A stretch of 64,000 nucleotides of DNA from the NCBI GenBank assembly GCA_051362555.1, contig CM120640.1, forward strand, positions 43,440,788 to 43,504,787, written 5' to 3'. Positions within the stretch are counted from its first letter, which is position 1, and every line of letters begins with the position of its first letter. The position numbers and the translations under genes were made by a program. The notes under the pieces were generated by a model that was not told the origin of the DNA, made no database searches, and was given only the letters and a program-made list of their open reading frames with translations. This stretch comes from Lingula anatina. Taxonomy: Eukaryota; Animalia; Brachiopoda. Below, one piece after another: positions 25,029 through 37,857 of the stretch.

Positions 25029-26760
25029 TTTCATTTATCAGTTCTATACATTCCAGGCGATGTTGAAAGCACTCATCTTCTGCATCGTTCTAATAGCTCT
25101 GGCAGCTGGAGGACCAGCCAGGCCTGCCAAGACTCGTGCCGGTCGTTTTCGGGGATTGGGACGTGCACGCAAAAATTTTAAAGAAGCTATTCTCAACACT
25201 AGAAGAAAAATTTTCAATTGGAGAACATTAGAAAATCCACAGCTAGATCTGACACAAGATGTCAATTGTTCAGAGTGCATCTTTGGAATGTGCAGAAGTG
25301 ATCCTGCCTTGCAAGAACGCGAGCTTGACACAATTTATCCCGGAACATTCATGAGAATTGAAGATATCCATGAACGCTCATTGATAACCTACGGTTACCC
25401 CTTACCACTTGTGTTCAGTGACACAATAGGTCAAGAAGGAATAATAACTAGCGCTACAGTGGGGAATTATTCAAAGAATAGTTCAGCTACATCTTTACCT
25501 CCTGTTGTGTTTCTTAGCGATGCAATTGCTTCCAGTGGGTTATGTGATAACATCAATAACATTGCGACACCCGATGGAGATTTATGTTGTCCAACGTAAG
25601 TAATGAATGTTATATAAAATACAAAATCCTTCGTTTCTGCATATTCCAAAATATGGATGAAAATTTAGAGATAGAATCACGCGTGAGCACAATTTCAGGA
25701 TGTTGACTTTAAATCTTGACCAAAGTTTTACTGTTTCTCAGAATATATCGTATTTTCGTGGGAACAATTCTGTGCATAACAATTATAACGGTTTGATTTT
25801 CTATTGGGTATTTTAAATCTTGCACAAGATCTTATGTGCGTGTCATTGGACGCTTTTAAACACATTAATGTGACAAAATGCATTTGAATAATTTTTGCAT
25901 TTGTATGCATTTAGGTTGCAATAATTACATGCATATACAAACATGGCACTTAAGGTTATTGAAAAATTTTGCAACACGTATATAACAGCATGTTCTTCCA
26001 CGTATTATGTTTCACATATAAATTTGATTTTGTTATTATTTCAGAAATTTATATTCCTATATACCCGACACCCTTGTAGATATTGATAACGTCACACATA
26101 AAATCCCCCATCTGGTGTCGGAGGAGAAATACCAAGTGCTTCAGATTGGCTGTTGTGGGTCAGTGTTCATTATAATTGATTGTACTTTTTGTATTTTTTC
26201 GGAGATGACAGTATAGAAGTTCGTAATTTAATGAATGTACGGATATGGTTGTTTTTGTGAAAGACAAATTGGACAAAGTGTGTGCCAAAAATATTCCCTA
26301 AAACCGATTTTAGTCGTGTATCCGTTGAATTTCTACTTATAAAATGCTTGTATATTTGGGCGTACATTCAAAGCATTATTCATTAACACGGTTTTTTAGA
26401 TTTACAGTTGGTTAAAACATGGAATTTTACAAACATGTAAGAATAAATCATTATATTACACTTGGTTTACCAGGTGTAACTTAAATGTTTTGTTGATCAT
26501 GTTTAAGCATGACGAATGACGTCCTTTTTTTGCAAGGCTCAAACGCTTGTCAATCAATATGACAGTACCATGAAACTTTTTTGTTAATTCGATGAATTAT
26601 TTTCTGTTCCAGAACAGCAGGATCTTGCACTGGTGTGTGCAAGGTACAAAATACACTGCACACACTGTTTGTGTGGACTAATACCACTGAAGGGGTTGTT
26701 CCAGACTTCAAAACGTTTTTAACTCCAGGATACTGTTCATGTAGGAGCATAACCCGTTAG
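21866..26760 (+). CDS. Secreted protein with C-terminal spaetzle/neurotrophin-like cystine-knot domain (exons 21866-21880 [tentative], 25057-25595, 26045-26158, 26613-26760)
   Basis: Signal peptide MLKALIFCIVLIALAAG, basic pro-region (RFRGLGRARK, TRRK), then spliced LCCPT..YQVLQIGCCGTAGSCTGVCKVQNTLHTLFVW..FKTFLTPGYCSCRSITR*. The cysteine spacing (CC..Q...C..C..C..Q..P..CxC) is typical of spaetzle-family knots. GT-AG phases are consistent. Confidence 0.75.
23154..23220. repeat. (TA)n microsatellite
   Basis: Direct reading. Confidence 0.95.
24991..25023. repeat. (AG)n microsatellite about 35 nt upstream of an acceptor
   Basis: Direct reading. Confidence 0.95.
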
Positions 26761-29268
26761 CAGCGCCAGGGAAACGAGGATATTTATATGTATGCAGCGA
26801 GTATTTATGGGTGTATTCATGAGAGCAAGGGAAATTATTCGGCGTCGCCCTGTTTTTCAGACCATATAGTAACCAAGGGGATGTTCAACACAATATGTCA
26901 GATAGGGGATTCACAAAAAAATATGGTTGGAGGCTTAGGAGGGGGTGAGGTTCCACAGCAAGCAGGGTCGTATTCCCTCACTCACTTCCGCCTGATTACT
27001 TTACGACCAGTGTAAAATGAGAATTCCGTATCCAAGAACACTCAGTGGTAGGGGGCATTGTCCAAGATAGTGTCACAGTTCTCAGTTTGAAGAATAGAAT
27101 GGAGTAGTAGAACGGTGCCTTCTTTTATTTACCAGCATACATACACTGTCCCCAACCCCTTTCATTCAACAGTAATCTATAAATAGACAATTCCCAGTGT
27201 AGTTCTATAACTCTTACCCTCATTACATTTTGTCTATAAATCTAACGGTGTATAATGCTGTATGAATCACACTAGAAAGAGGACATAAACAATGCACCGG
27301 TATTGAGGAATAAAATAGGTTTTTGTGTCTGTCATGTTGCTGAAGATGAAAATTGTTATTTATGAAAACAGGCATCACTAACAAAATTTTTAAAAAGAGT
27401 TATGGTAATGCCGTTGATGTTCAGGTGAATTTTCTTATTGAAATTCCATGACGTACTATGGTATATTGTCAGGTGTAGGCCTAAATACAGTATATGTATC
27501 TTAAATTGTACATCGAGATGAAAGGTTCAGTTCATTTTTAACGGCAGGGCACATACAGGGAACGTATTAAATCGTCGTATTTGACTAAAACCAAGTTTTC
27601 GGGGTTTCTTTTGAATGAAAAAGGACACTGGGGAATATAGTCAGTAGGGTGATAGATAATAAATAATGAAAAACTGATGTAGTCCCCAAGCACAGTGATT
27701 TTTATACACAATGTTAAATAGTGTGTTTACATGGATCTAACGATGTCGCTACTTAAATTCGTTCATGATTTAACTGTATTAATTTTTATTATAGCTATTA
27801 GTTAACTGTCTGATTTACAGAAAGCTAGAAAAGCAATAGAAATTTATAATTTCAAAAACACGACCATTCTAATACGTTTCTTACCGTTTGAGGGGAATTT
27901 TAGGGGACAACCTAAACAGCAAACGCATATTTATTCTTTTCAATAGGAAAGACGAAGGAGAAAAGGTCTCGAATTTTAAATTTTAATGAGTGAGTGAACG
28001 AAAATTGAATTGTCGTCATCTTTAAAATAATGTGAAAATACATGAGGTTATGGGGGGTTTATCGGATATCCTGTCTTCCGGGTGATTTAATTTATTTTAA
28101 GCAAATCTAAGATACGTAGTTAAGGAAATCGAATCGTTAATATGAGCTGTCAAAATTATGTACACGCCCATTTCCTTTATCTTTTCGTCTGATGGGGGCG
28201 TATTTCGACAGCCTACGCCTGAATTAACGAAGTACATTCGCTCTACAAAGTTTAGATTAAGGTAAATGATTTTAATCTAGTTATGACTAGAGGTTACGCC
28301 TGTTATAATTACTATCATTATTATTTCAATATGTACTGTCTTTGATATTGATAATATTGAATGTCTCAATTCAGTGTTACATAATTATATGCACAGTTTA
28401 GCCAGTTTTTTAAAGTTTTGCTTACACAGTATATAAAGAAAAATAAGAACTAAAAGAAATTTGGTTAAAAAGCAAATGTTTTCTAAAGAGGCCTGGCGGT
28501 TTTTTAACCTACAAAACATCACGTGTCGATCTTTTATCAAAGGGCCTTGGTCACAAAACTAACTTGTCGATGTAATCTCCGTAAGTTGATTCTCTTTATA
28601 ATAGACTTACTTTAAACCGTCATTGTTAAAACCAAAAAACTATTTCGCCACATTTGAGATCTGTTCACTTAATGTGCATTTATTCATATAACATGAAGTA
28701 TTTCACCTTTTATGTAGCCAGCTGTAAGTAGCCTACCTCGTCTTGGTTTTTCAAACTTTCGGAAAGCCAAGCTTTAAAATACCTCGATAATGCCAACACG
28801 TTATTTAGGTAGGCCTATGTTATCAATTCTAGTATAATAAATTATCTTTGTGAATCTGTTTTGTTTTTGCCTTGTTATAAAAGATCTGCACTCTGGGTAG
28901 GCCTACAGCTAAAGGTAGGCCTATGAAAGAGATAAACCAATAGGCCTACTTCTCGACGTTTACATTTTTAACCATTACACTGTATTTGAAAAAGGGATAA
29001 TCATTGAATTGCTCGACTTTTAGACCTTTCCACTATCAGTAGGCCTATGGGTTTTTCCTGCTGCATAGCCTTGGTATCGTTATCCCATTTACTGCATTCC
29101 CTTAAACCGTGCACCACTGGTTTAAGATTAAATTTTTGTATTATATATGGAAAAAAATACATATTCATGTTTAGTAGAACATTATTGTTTACACAATATC
29201 ATGTGTGGATAAAATTCGTTCATTTGTACTTTTAACGACAAGCAACGTACCCATTTACGATAGAAAGC

Positions 29269-32200
29269 ATGGCTTCGGAAGAAAGCGAAGTAGACAGTGT
29301 GGACTCAGATACAGAGGTAAAACTGAATAGTGTTATGCTATGAAATCGATTTTTTGTCGTGTATTATTATGACCACTGTGCTGCCTATCGGTATATGAAA
29401 TTTAAGACGCTCAATCGCTTAGGAAAATCCAAATACAAATTGAAAACTAGAGTGTTATGAACTCCTTTGGCAATCCTTGCAAAGTTGCAATGCAAAGTTG
29501 AATGTTGTACTTGTGGTTTGTCTTGTAAGGTTCATCTGTGATATAAAGCTTAAATTTAGGCAGTGGCATTCCCATCGTCGAACCAGAGTTTTTTATGAAT
29601 TATGGAGTGTATAAAAGCAGTGATTGAAAGACTCCTCACAATCTGCTTACAACAAAGGGGTAATATGTAATTTGTACTGGTAATTTTATTGCACTTGATT
29701 AATTGAGCTCAATTTGCAACAGATTCTGTCTTGGATGAAATACCACATTATGCCACCAGTTCTTTTTCTAGCTCCAAGAAGCTTTCCGGAGAGGGGAATT
29801 GAAACCAGGCTTAAATATAGAAGCAAGAGCACCCAAGGTGCATATAAATAATGTGGTAAGTACTGAATGGGCATTATTCTTAGCAAAATAGCATAACATC
29901 TTTGCAATATAACCTGCAGCACTCCTGTTAACATTTAGATATATCTGCCATGTGTTAATCATACTGGAAACGGTGAAAAAGTGGTCTGAAAATTCGACAA
30001 GCATGTGTTTTAGAATAAGGCATGTAGGCTATATTCTCCAAAGATATATATGTACAGGCTATTATTTTGGTAGTTGTACAAGTATGTCTGTTTTACAGGC
30101 TGGAATGAAATCAAAACTTCAAGAGATATCTCAGGCTATCCCATGGGTCGAGAGACTGGACAGCACCTGTGACCCTGCTGCAGATGTATTGGGAACAGAA
30201 AAGGAATCTGGGGAAGATGTTGTACATGATGACTTCAAAAGGGAGATGAGATTGTAAGTATTGTTATGACTATAAATAGGAAGAACCAGAATATAACAGA
30301 GAAGAATGGACAGTTTAAGAGCAGAAAAAATGGGGTGGGTTGGACCAATAAAAATAATTGATTCCTTGCTTTATATTTTCCCTGCTAACTAATGGGTACC
30401 TATTTCAAATTATACAGAATTATACAGAATTTCCTCTTCTTAAATATTTGAAACCAATTCTTAATGATTGTTTGGAAGCATGCGTATTAGAAGAAGAAAA
30501 TCCTAATGTGATACATATTTCCTTCGCCACCCACTGCATATCATTCTATAAAACCAAAAAGATAAAAGTTCTTAATAATGCATTAAGTATGTCACATAAA
30601 GTAGGAGATTGTTTCTTATTTTGGAATGTTATTTATAGTTATAGACAAGCACAAGCCACAGTTTTAGAATCAATTCCAAGGTTACATTCACTTGGTATTC
30701 CCACAAGTAGACCTGAAGACTATTTTGCACAGATGGCCAAAGCAGATGAACATATGACAAAAGTGAGTACTATGCAAAACCCTAGACGTTTTTACCATTA
30801 GGTTTGTCCAACTTTTGCATAAATTATTATGTTTATTTTGCTGTTTAAGAGACCAAGTACATATAAAGGAACAGTGCCAGGGTTTTGGCCCCAAAGTTGC
30901 TGGTGAATTTTCCTGACCATCGCTGTATAAAGTTTTGAATTTGAATATTTTCATAAATACAAATCCTTTCCTTTCAGGTTAGAGAGAAACTCCTTGCTAA
31001 ACAAGTGTCAATGGATAGATCTGAAAAAGCAAAGAAACTGAGAGAACTTAGAAAGTTTGGAAAAAAGGTAACAAGCAGTTACATCTTATTTGTTTAAAGT
31101 CATTTCTTTGTAGTCTGATGTAAGGTTTTTAAACTCAGTAGATTTTATATTTCTTAAACAAAAATATTTATCTAAAGCAAATGATTCATGTAAAATGTGT
31201 TCACGTTTTTTGTCTAGGTTCAACATGAGGTGCTTCAGAAAAGACAAAAAGAGAAACGTGAAATGCTTGATGCTGTAAAAAAATACAGAAAAGGTCAGTT
31301 ATGGTTGTAAGTTGTTTGATATGAAATAAATAAATGTGATGTCATTAAGAAGTGATGGGTATTGTTGTGATTGATTATCAGATATAGTAGCATTGCATGC
31401 ACGCACCCACACTGAGGTGAATTCTAAGTGACTATTTGTCACATTTTTTTTTTCTTAAAAAAAAAAAAATGTATCATTTATATTTTTAGGACAAGATAAT
31501 AAACTGGATTTTTTGGAATCTGGCAAACAAAAGATGGATGGGAACAAAAAGCAAATTCATCAGTAAGTAATTAGTGGAATTATCGCTTCCTTTTAACATG
31601 TTAAGTGATTTTTGACTGGTTAAAATATCTGACAGTTTAAGATGTTTGTTTGAATTCCATATTGATTTTGAATTAATTTTGAATTAAAAATTACTATTTT
31701 TAAAAGCACCTTATATAATATTATGTTTCAGTGTTATGTAATCTCTATCAAATCCTGAAATGTTTTATTTTATTGATAAAGCTACTAAAAGCAATATTGA
31801 TTTTTCAGACCAGGGAAAAAGAGGCAATTTAAAAATAAGAAATTTGGGTTTGGTGGACAAAAGAAAAGGTCTAAATATAACACATCCAAGAGTGCTAAAG
31901 ATATGTCAGACTTCAGTGTCAAGAAACATGCCACAAGACCAGGAGGTGTCAAGAAGGCTAAGGTACAACCATTATATTTCAACATCCTTATTCAAGAACA
32001 CAATTTAATTGGAGACAAAAGTTATATTTGAAATTTGATTTCAGGAAAAGGGTTGGTTTTGCAAATTGTTGTTACATTGCCCTTGTGGCTCTGTCACTTT
32101 AAAACGATTAATTTTTAATGTATTAGTCACCTCACTATTATCAGCCATGTATATCCCATATGTCAAAGCTTAAAACGTTAGATGTATTGTAGAAAATGAG

Positions 32201-32329
32201 GTCTTGTTTTATTGTAAACTTTTATGTTATCATATAGATAACAGTATATAAGTTTTGGCTAATGCCTTTCAGGCTGCAAGTAAAAACAGACCAGGGAAAA
32301 GAAGAAGACAGAAAGCAAAAAACAAATAA
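29269..32329 (+). CDS. EBNA1BP2: rRNA-processing protein EBP2 (EBNA1-binding protein 2)
   Basis: MASEESEVDSVDSDTE|LQEAFRRGELKPGLN, PWVERLD, VHDDFKREMR, YRQAQATV, IPTSRPEDYFAQMAKADEHMTKVREKL, LRELRKFGKKVQHEV, KNRKFGFGGQKKRSKYNT, RPGKRRRQK*. These are hallmark Ebp2 motifs. Confidence 0.96.
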
Positions 32330-33120
32330 CTAGGCCACTGAGAAGAAGGACATATGTAACTTTACAAGTACAAATTTGGTCCAAAAAATGTTCAGTTGGA
32401 GGTTATTTCTGCAAAAATGTAGTAATTCAGAGAAAACAAGTTCTTTAAACTGTGTTGGTACATTGTGGACCATGGGTACTATGGAAATGCCTCTTAATAT
32501 CTAGTATATCTCTTAAAGAGAAATGAAGCTGACATTCTTAACATAACTGGGCATGTGAAGGACTTCATATAAATTTGGGTTTCATTCTCTTCACCTTGAA
32601 TGATTGTATTTATATTTACAAAGAAAGGATACCATGAAAGATTGTAGTAAGGAGAAAAATTAACATTAATGAGGGTTTTTGTACATATATAATTAAACAA
32701 ATGAAAATAAAATAAAATAATATATTTATGTCACTATGCCTTCAGTTCACAATCAACAGTGGTTTATTAATTTAAACATACAGTATAAATAAAAGCAATG
32801 CTGTTTTAGCATTGTATTGCTTGGTTGTATCATGCTTTCCTTTTTCAACATAATCCCAATCTTACAAGGAGTACCACTAGACACCACAGGATTTATCAGG
32901 CTGTATCTAAAACTTCCAAGTTATTCCTTGTACAGAGGGTCAATACACTCCAGGGTTACAAAATGAATCATTAAGTTTTTCGGAGTGCCATTTAATCCTG
33001 GATATCCCATAGTGGAAGAAGTTGTTACCTGGGAGGTAACCATAAATTTGTCTTATTTAACTGTTTTGATACATGTTCAGTCTCTTGTGCATCAGTCCAA
33101 ATGATTGTCCTTTATGCATT

Positions 33121-34245
33121 TCAGTTCAGATTTTCTGTTTGTTCTTTGTACCTCCAAAGAGCGTCCATATATTTTGTTATTTCAGAATTTTGTCTTGGAA
33201 AATATAGTCTCCTATCGCTTCTGTCTGTGTCGATCTGAAGAAAATGCATAGAAAATTTGGTTAGGTTTTTTTTCTGATTGCACTGAACCAAGGACATTTT
33301 TTGCAAGGTTATATATTTATTAAGTGAATTGTAAACTACCCTGGTGTCATCAATCACATTGTGATGAATTGTGTACTTCCCATGCTATTAAAAAAGAAAG
33401 AAAAAAGACCTGCAGGGTTATTTTGTACAGAGCATATTACCTACCATAGGTTTTGTTATCCATCCTATTTCTTCTGCTTCTGTTTGTGGGAATGTATTTT
33501 TTCTAACTGGCTCCATATGTGCTCTTTTTATGACTTTAAGAAAATGTTCTGTAAAACAAATTTCCGTGTAAGTCAATTATGTGATTGGTCCAAGTGAAAG
33601 TAAAACTATAACTGTATAAAACATAAATTGAATGAAGTAAACAAACATTTTGTGGTTTGACAATATTGTATTTAAATTTATCCAGATTGTCTGCATTTTC
33701 TAAGTAATGGCAAGTTCACTCAACAGATTTCGGTGCAGTTTAACATCATGCACACAGCTTCATAATTTCTGCTAATAGCTTAGACTAGATTAATATTGTG
33801 GGGTTATTTGGATTTATAATTATGTACTGATGACACTCACCGTCTTCTTCTCCCTCGTCTGTGTCATGCATGGAATTTGGTTTTCCAGTAATTGCATGCA
33901 CTGCAAAAATTAATGTTCCAATTATTAAATGACCAATGAACCCTTTTGTTTTGAATGAATGTCTACAAAGATAATATAGTATACATGAATAAATAAGAAA
34001 TACGAGGAAGATCTATATCAATATAGTGTATCTCAAATTACCTATGTAGGATAATTTGAAATAATATAACAAATGATATTAACGTAAGTCCAGATGATTC
34101 AGTCTAACTTACTTTTGTTGTATGGATTGATGCTGTAATTTGTATATAATTTCTGGTGCTTTGTTTCCTTTAAAATTGTCTCTCTGTGAATAGCATTCTG
34201 GTGCACAAAATTGGTTGGATCCTTTTGAGGTGGTGCTTTCGACAT
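33121..34245 (-). CDS. CFAP144: FAM183/CFAP144 ciliary protein (exons 34245-34113, 33900-33841, 33548-33445, 33234-33121)
   Basis: Spliced MSKAPPQKDPTNFVHQNAIHRETILKETKHQKLYTNYSINPYNKMHAITGKPNSMHD..EHFLKVIKRAHMEPVRKNTFPQTEAEEIGWITKPMIDTDRSDRRLYFPRQNSEITKYMDALW. Matches recalled FAM183A motifs (VHQNQILRE, KLYTQY, KPMSWHD, QTENQEIGW, SDITLY). Confidence 0.9.
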
Positions 34246-35952
34246 CTTTCTTCTTCTGTGTATCCAAGTAAATTATCAAAGTGCTTCCTACTCAAATGTA
34301 TGCTCAATGGTGTACCAGCTTTGTATATATATAGACTATGCCAAGCAGGTGCCAAATGTTTACAAGGCTCGTTGTCAAGACTGTTGCTATGCAGAAAAAT
34401 CCTCCTTTACGAAAGATTTTGTAAAAAAAAAAATTAAGACATTATTTCTTTTTTAATTTAGATAAGTTAATTTATTTTCTCTTAGTAATGTTTGTCAAGT
34501 ATTTGGCAAAAAGTGCGATTATTTGAATTACAACAAAAAGATTATAAATATCCCATCATGCCTAGCGTGACGCATTTCCTTCCCAAGATGCGCCCCATCG
34601 GTAGCTGATTTTAAAATTTGTCAGAAATGTTGTTATTGTTGTGCGGTTTTAAGGTAAGCATTTCGCTTTTAGACCAAACTTAAGTAACTTCGATTATTTA
34701 GTGGAAGTTTGTTTGATGTTTATATCTTTAATAGGAACCCAAAACGAAGATACGGAGGTAGATAACCTTAATTAACGTTAATCTTAATCTGTGTCATTAT
34801 GTGGAAACAAACATAAAAATATGTCACCCTGCTGTTATTCCACGTATTTCGTTTAATGCTAAGTTCAAGTGTTTCTGGGACCTATGTTTTAAAGGCGCGA
34901 CACTGAAGCTTATATAAACTAGCGATTGCAGGCATTGTAAAGCAGCAAATTGCCCTTGTCTACCCAGGAAGTGTGGTTGTCACTCATTTGTCAGTCTTAA
35001 TTTTCATAATTAGAAGAGAGTGAAGACGTTCATTTTACACGTTTTTTTTTTTTTTTTTTGCACTTATATTGCATATTTGGCCAATCTTTACACTAGCAAA
35101 CAAATGGCAAATACTGGGACTTATGTGCAGTATGGCCCCAAACTTGTATACTGTATGTATAAGTTTCCAATGTTTTTGTGGTTCACTTATATGATGACCT
35201 TTGATCTATGTTTCTGCTACTCATATAAATTACTTTTACAATTTAAGCACTGATTTTGTATTGTCCAGTGACATTGCTGTCATTTTATTTAAATGGATTA
35301 GAAGTTTCTTGTAAAAACATTTAAAAAACCCAAATCAAGTGTGAAACTGATTTATTTGAATAGCATTGATTAAATACATTACGTAAAGGTATGAACTGAA
35401 TTTAGAAAAACATTGAACAGCAAAGACTTGAATTTTCTTTTTTGGGGGCGCATTGCATAAGTGTCTAGATATTTAACTGGTGGTTAGTCTCATCCATCAA
35501 TCACAGCATTTTTGCTCAGCTAAAAGTAACAACTGCAGTACACAAGTTTAGATAAAATATATCAAGCTTTGGCTCTAGTTTCAGTAAACTGTCTCAAACT
35601 CCACTAATTTACATATATATACTCACTCTTATACAGGCACATAGAACTTTCTAAAACCATTGGATGTATGTGCTACAATATGAAGCTTAGAATACATTGC
35701 TCTTTAGGCCTGCTATGGTTTGGTTTACTTTCAGGTCTGTGTAAAATAATAAAATGTTCATATTGGGGTGAGAAATAGGTGGATTGTATATTAAGAAACA
35801 CTTCAGGTATAATTATTTCATGTTTTGAATTAATGTTCTCTCTGTTTTGAAACTCTTTTAAAGAATTGAGGAAACACCCAAGTATTTGACTGTTATCTGG
35901 CTCTGAAGCTGATGCTGACCCATGTCAGAAGTTGGATTTTACTATAGCAGAT

Positions 35953-37774
35953 ATGGATCCTGATTATGAAAAGAGATTATTTAGGCAACAAAATGGACAA
36001 TCACCATATGGATCTGTGAGTACTTAAAATCTGGAGACACTGCTGCTTGTCATCTCATTGAGGCTTATCTCATTGTTGTAATTGAATATAATTGACCTAC
36101 ATAGAGGTATGCATATCATTAAGTGTTAGTGATAAGCTGGCATCAATTCATGCATAAGCTTATGTGTTATTATTTTCTTCAATTCTAAATTTTTAATTTA
36201 CTTTTTCTTATGGTATAGCATTGAGATGCCTTTGAATTGAATGGTACATTACTCATTTTTCTAGCCCATGCAAAGTCCTGTTGCTTCCCCAGTAAAAGAT
36301 AAATATGGGGACCGTTTTATCCCAAGCAGAGCAGGTGCGAACTGGCACATTTCATTCAATATGCCACAGGTAAGTTGAGATAAAATGGAAATGGAACCTA
36401 TTATACATGCACCATCATGTAGCAGACTATTTGAATATATTTCAACCTCATTGGTGCCATGGTGGTAAGGAAGTAATGATTACTCTAGAAGTATATGTCA
36501 ACTTATTCCTGATTTTTGAATTACAATAGACTACCCCTTATGGCAAATGAAGAAATCAAGCATCTAAGATTTTTTGATAACTATTGAAATGAGAATTGTA
36601 TAGGTATGATTTGTAAAAAGTATTTTTGAGAAATTTTCTGCAACATCTTGTTTCCATCGTAAAAGTTTTAAAAAAATCTTTGTCTCATGAAAGAGTGAAA
36701 AAAAAATTGTCTTGACTCTCATGAACTTAAAATGGTAGGAACAGATTAAATATAAATATTATGTATTGCTCACTGAAAAATTGACCCATTCAGCTGATTG
36801 TTGACATAAGATGTTCATGTATTGTTTATTGTGTAGGACACAGGAAAGACACAGTCACCGGGACAGACCAGGAAAGCCAAGGAAGCAAATGATAATCAAA
36901 AGGACATGACGTATAGTTGCTTGCTCAGAAACGAACTTTTGGGTGCTGGAATAGAAGATTTGAAGGTTAGCACTGTTTTCCAGGTAAAATCAGTGCTAAA
37001 CTTATTTTGACAAACTAGAAACTGGTGTTTTTGAAGCGGCAAGTTAAACTACAGGGCATAGGTGATGGAAATGGGAGTTTATGAAGAATGTGTGGATTTT
37101 GAATTGAACCATTTTTTAAGTCTAAATGATCATTGAAGAACACATTTATATACAAGTGGGTGTTAATGACTACTAACAGGCTATTCCTTGTTTTATTATT
37201 TTAAGTGTTCTCCTATCAATGCATGAAATATAAGTTTATTGTCATTTTCTTTAGGAACAGCAACCTGATGAAAGGAAAATACTTGCACCAAAAGATACCA
37301 AAAATTTATTCCAAGTAAGACAGCATTAAATTACAAGAATACCAGTAATACTGCCTGCATATTTAACATATAAAACTCAACAAAATCTGAATAATTGTTT
37401 TCCTATAGAAATAAGTTATTTTTTAACTGGATGTGTATTCCTTGGACAATGATGACATTGTTTTCTATATAAGCAAAATTATAAGAAAAAAAAGTAAAGA
37501 TCCAAAATGTACATGTTATTGCAATACAGTTTTATTTTTCATGTTTTTTTCCTAGTATCGAGTGTCTAGAAAAGATGTAGATAGCAGTGACTCCTCTCCA
37601 TATTCCTTATCTCCAGTGGGAACAAAAAGTCAAAAACTACTAAGATCACCAAGAAAGGTATGCTTATGTTTTAAGTCAACAAGAGATAGGGAAGGTTGGA
37701 ATATGATTCAATAGCATAATTATCAGAGATAACATTATACAATTTTAAGATGTTGTGGGAAATATGTTCTATTG

Positions 37775-37857
<83 letters not shown>

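Noticed and set aside
28190-28266. CpG-rich segment ending in AAG|GTAAAT as a separate gene or upstream EBP2 exon
   Set aside because: The short ATG frame stops after 11 codons and no matching acceptor could be assigned.
29320-32270. Intronic snoRNAs in EBP2 (a ribosome-biogenesis host gene), for example a weak hairpin near 30870-30926
   Set aside because: No convincing C/D box pair with terminal stem, and no complete H/ACA double hairpin by eye. An Infernal/Rfam search is needed.
32327-32341. Stop readthrough at EBP2 (TAA-CTAG)
   Set aside because: The known motif is TGA-CTAG; TAA is an efficient stop, and the next stop follows after three codons.
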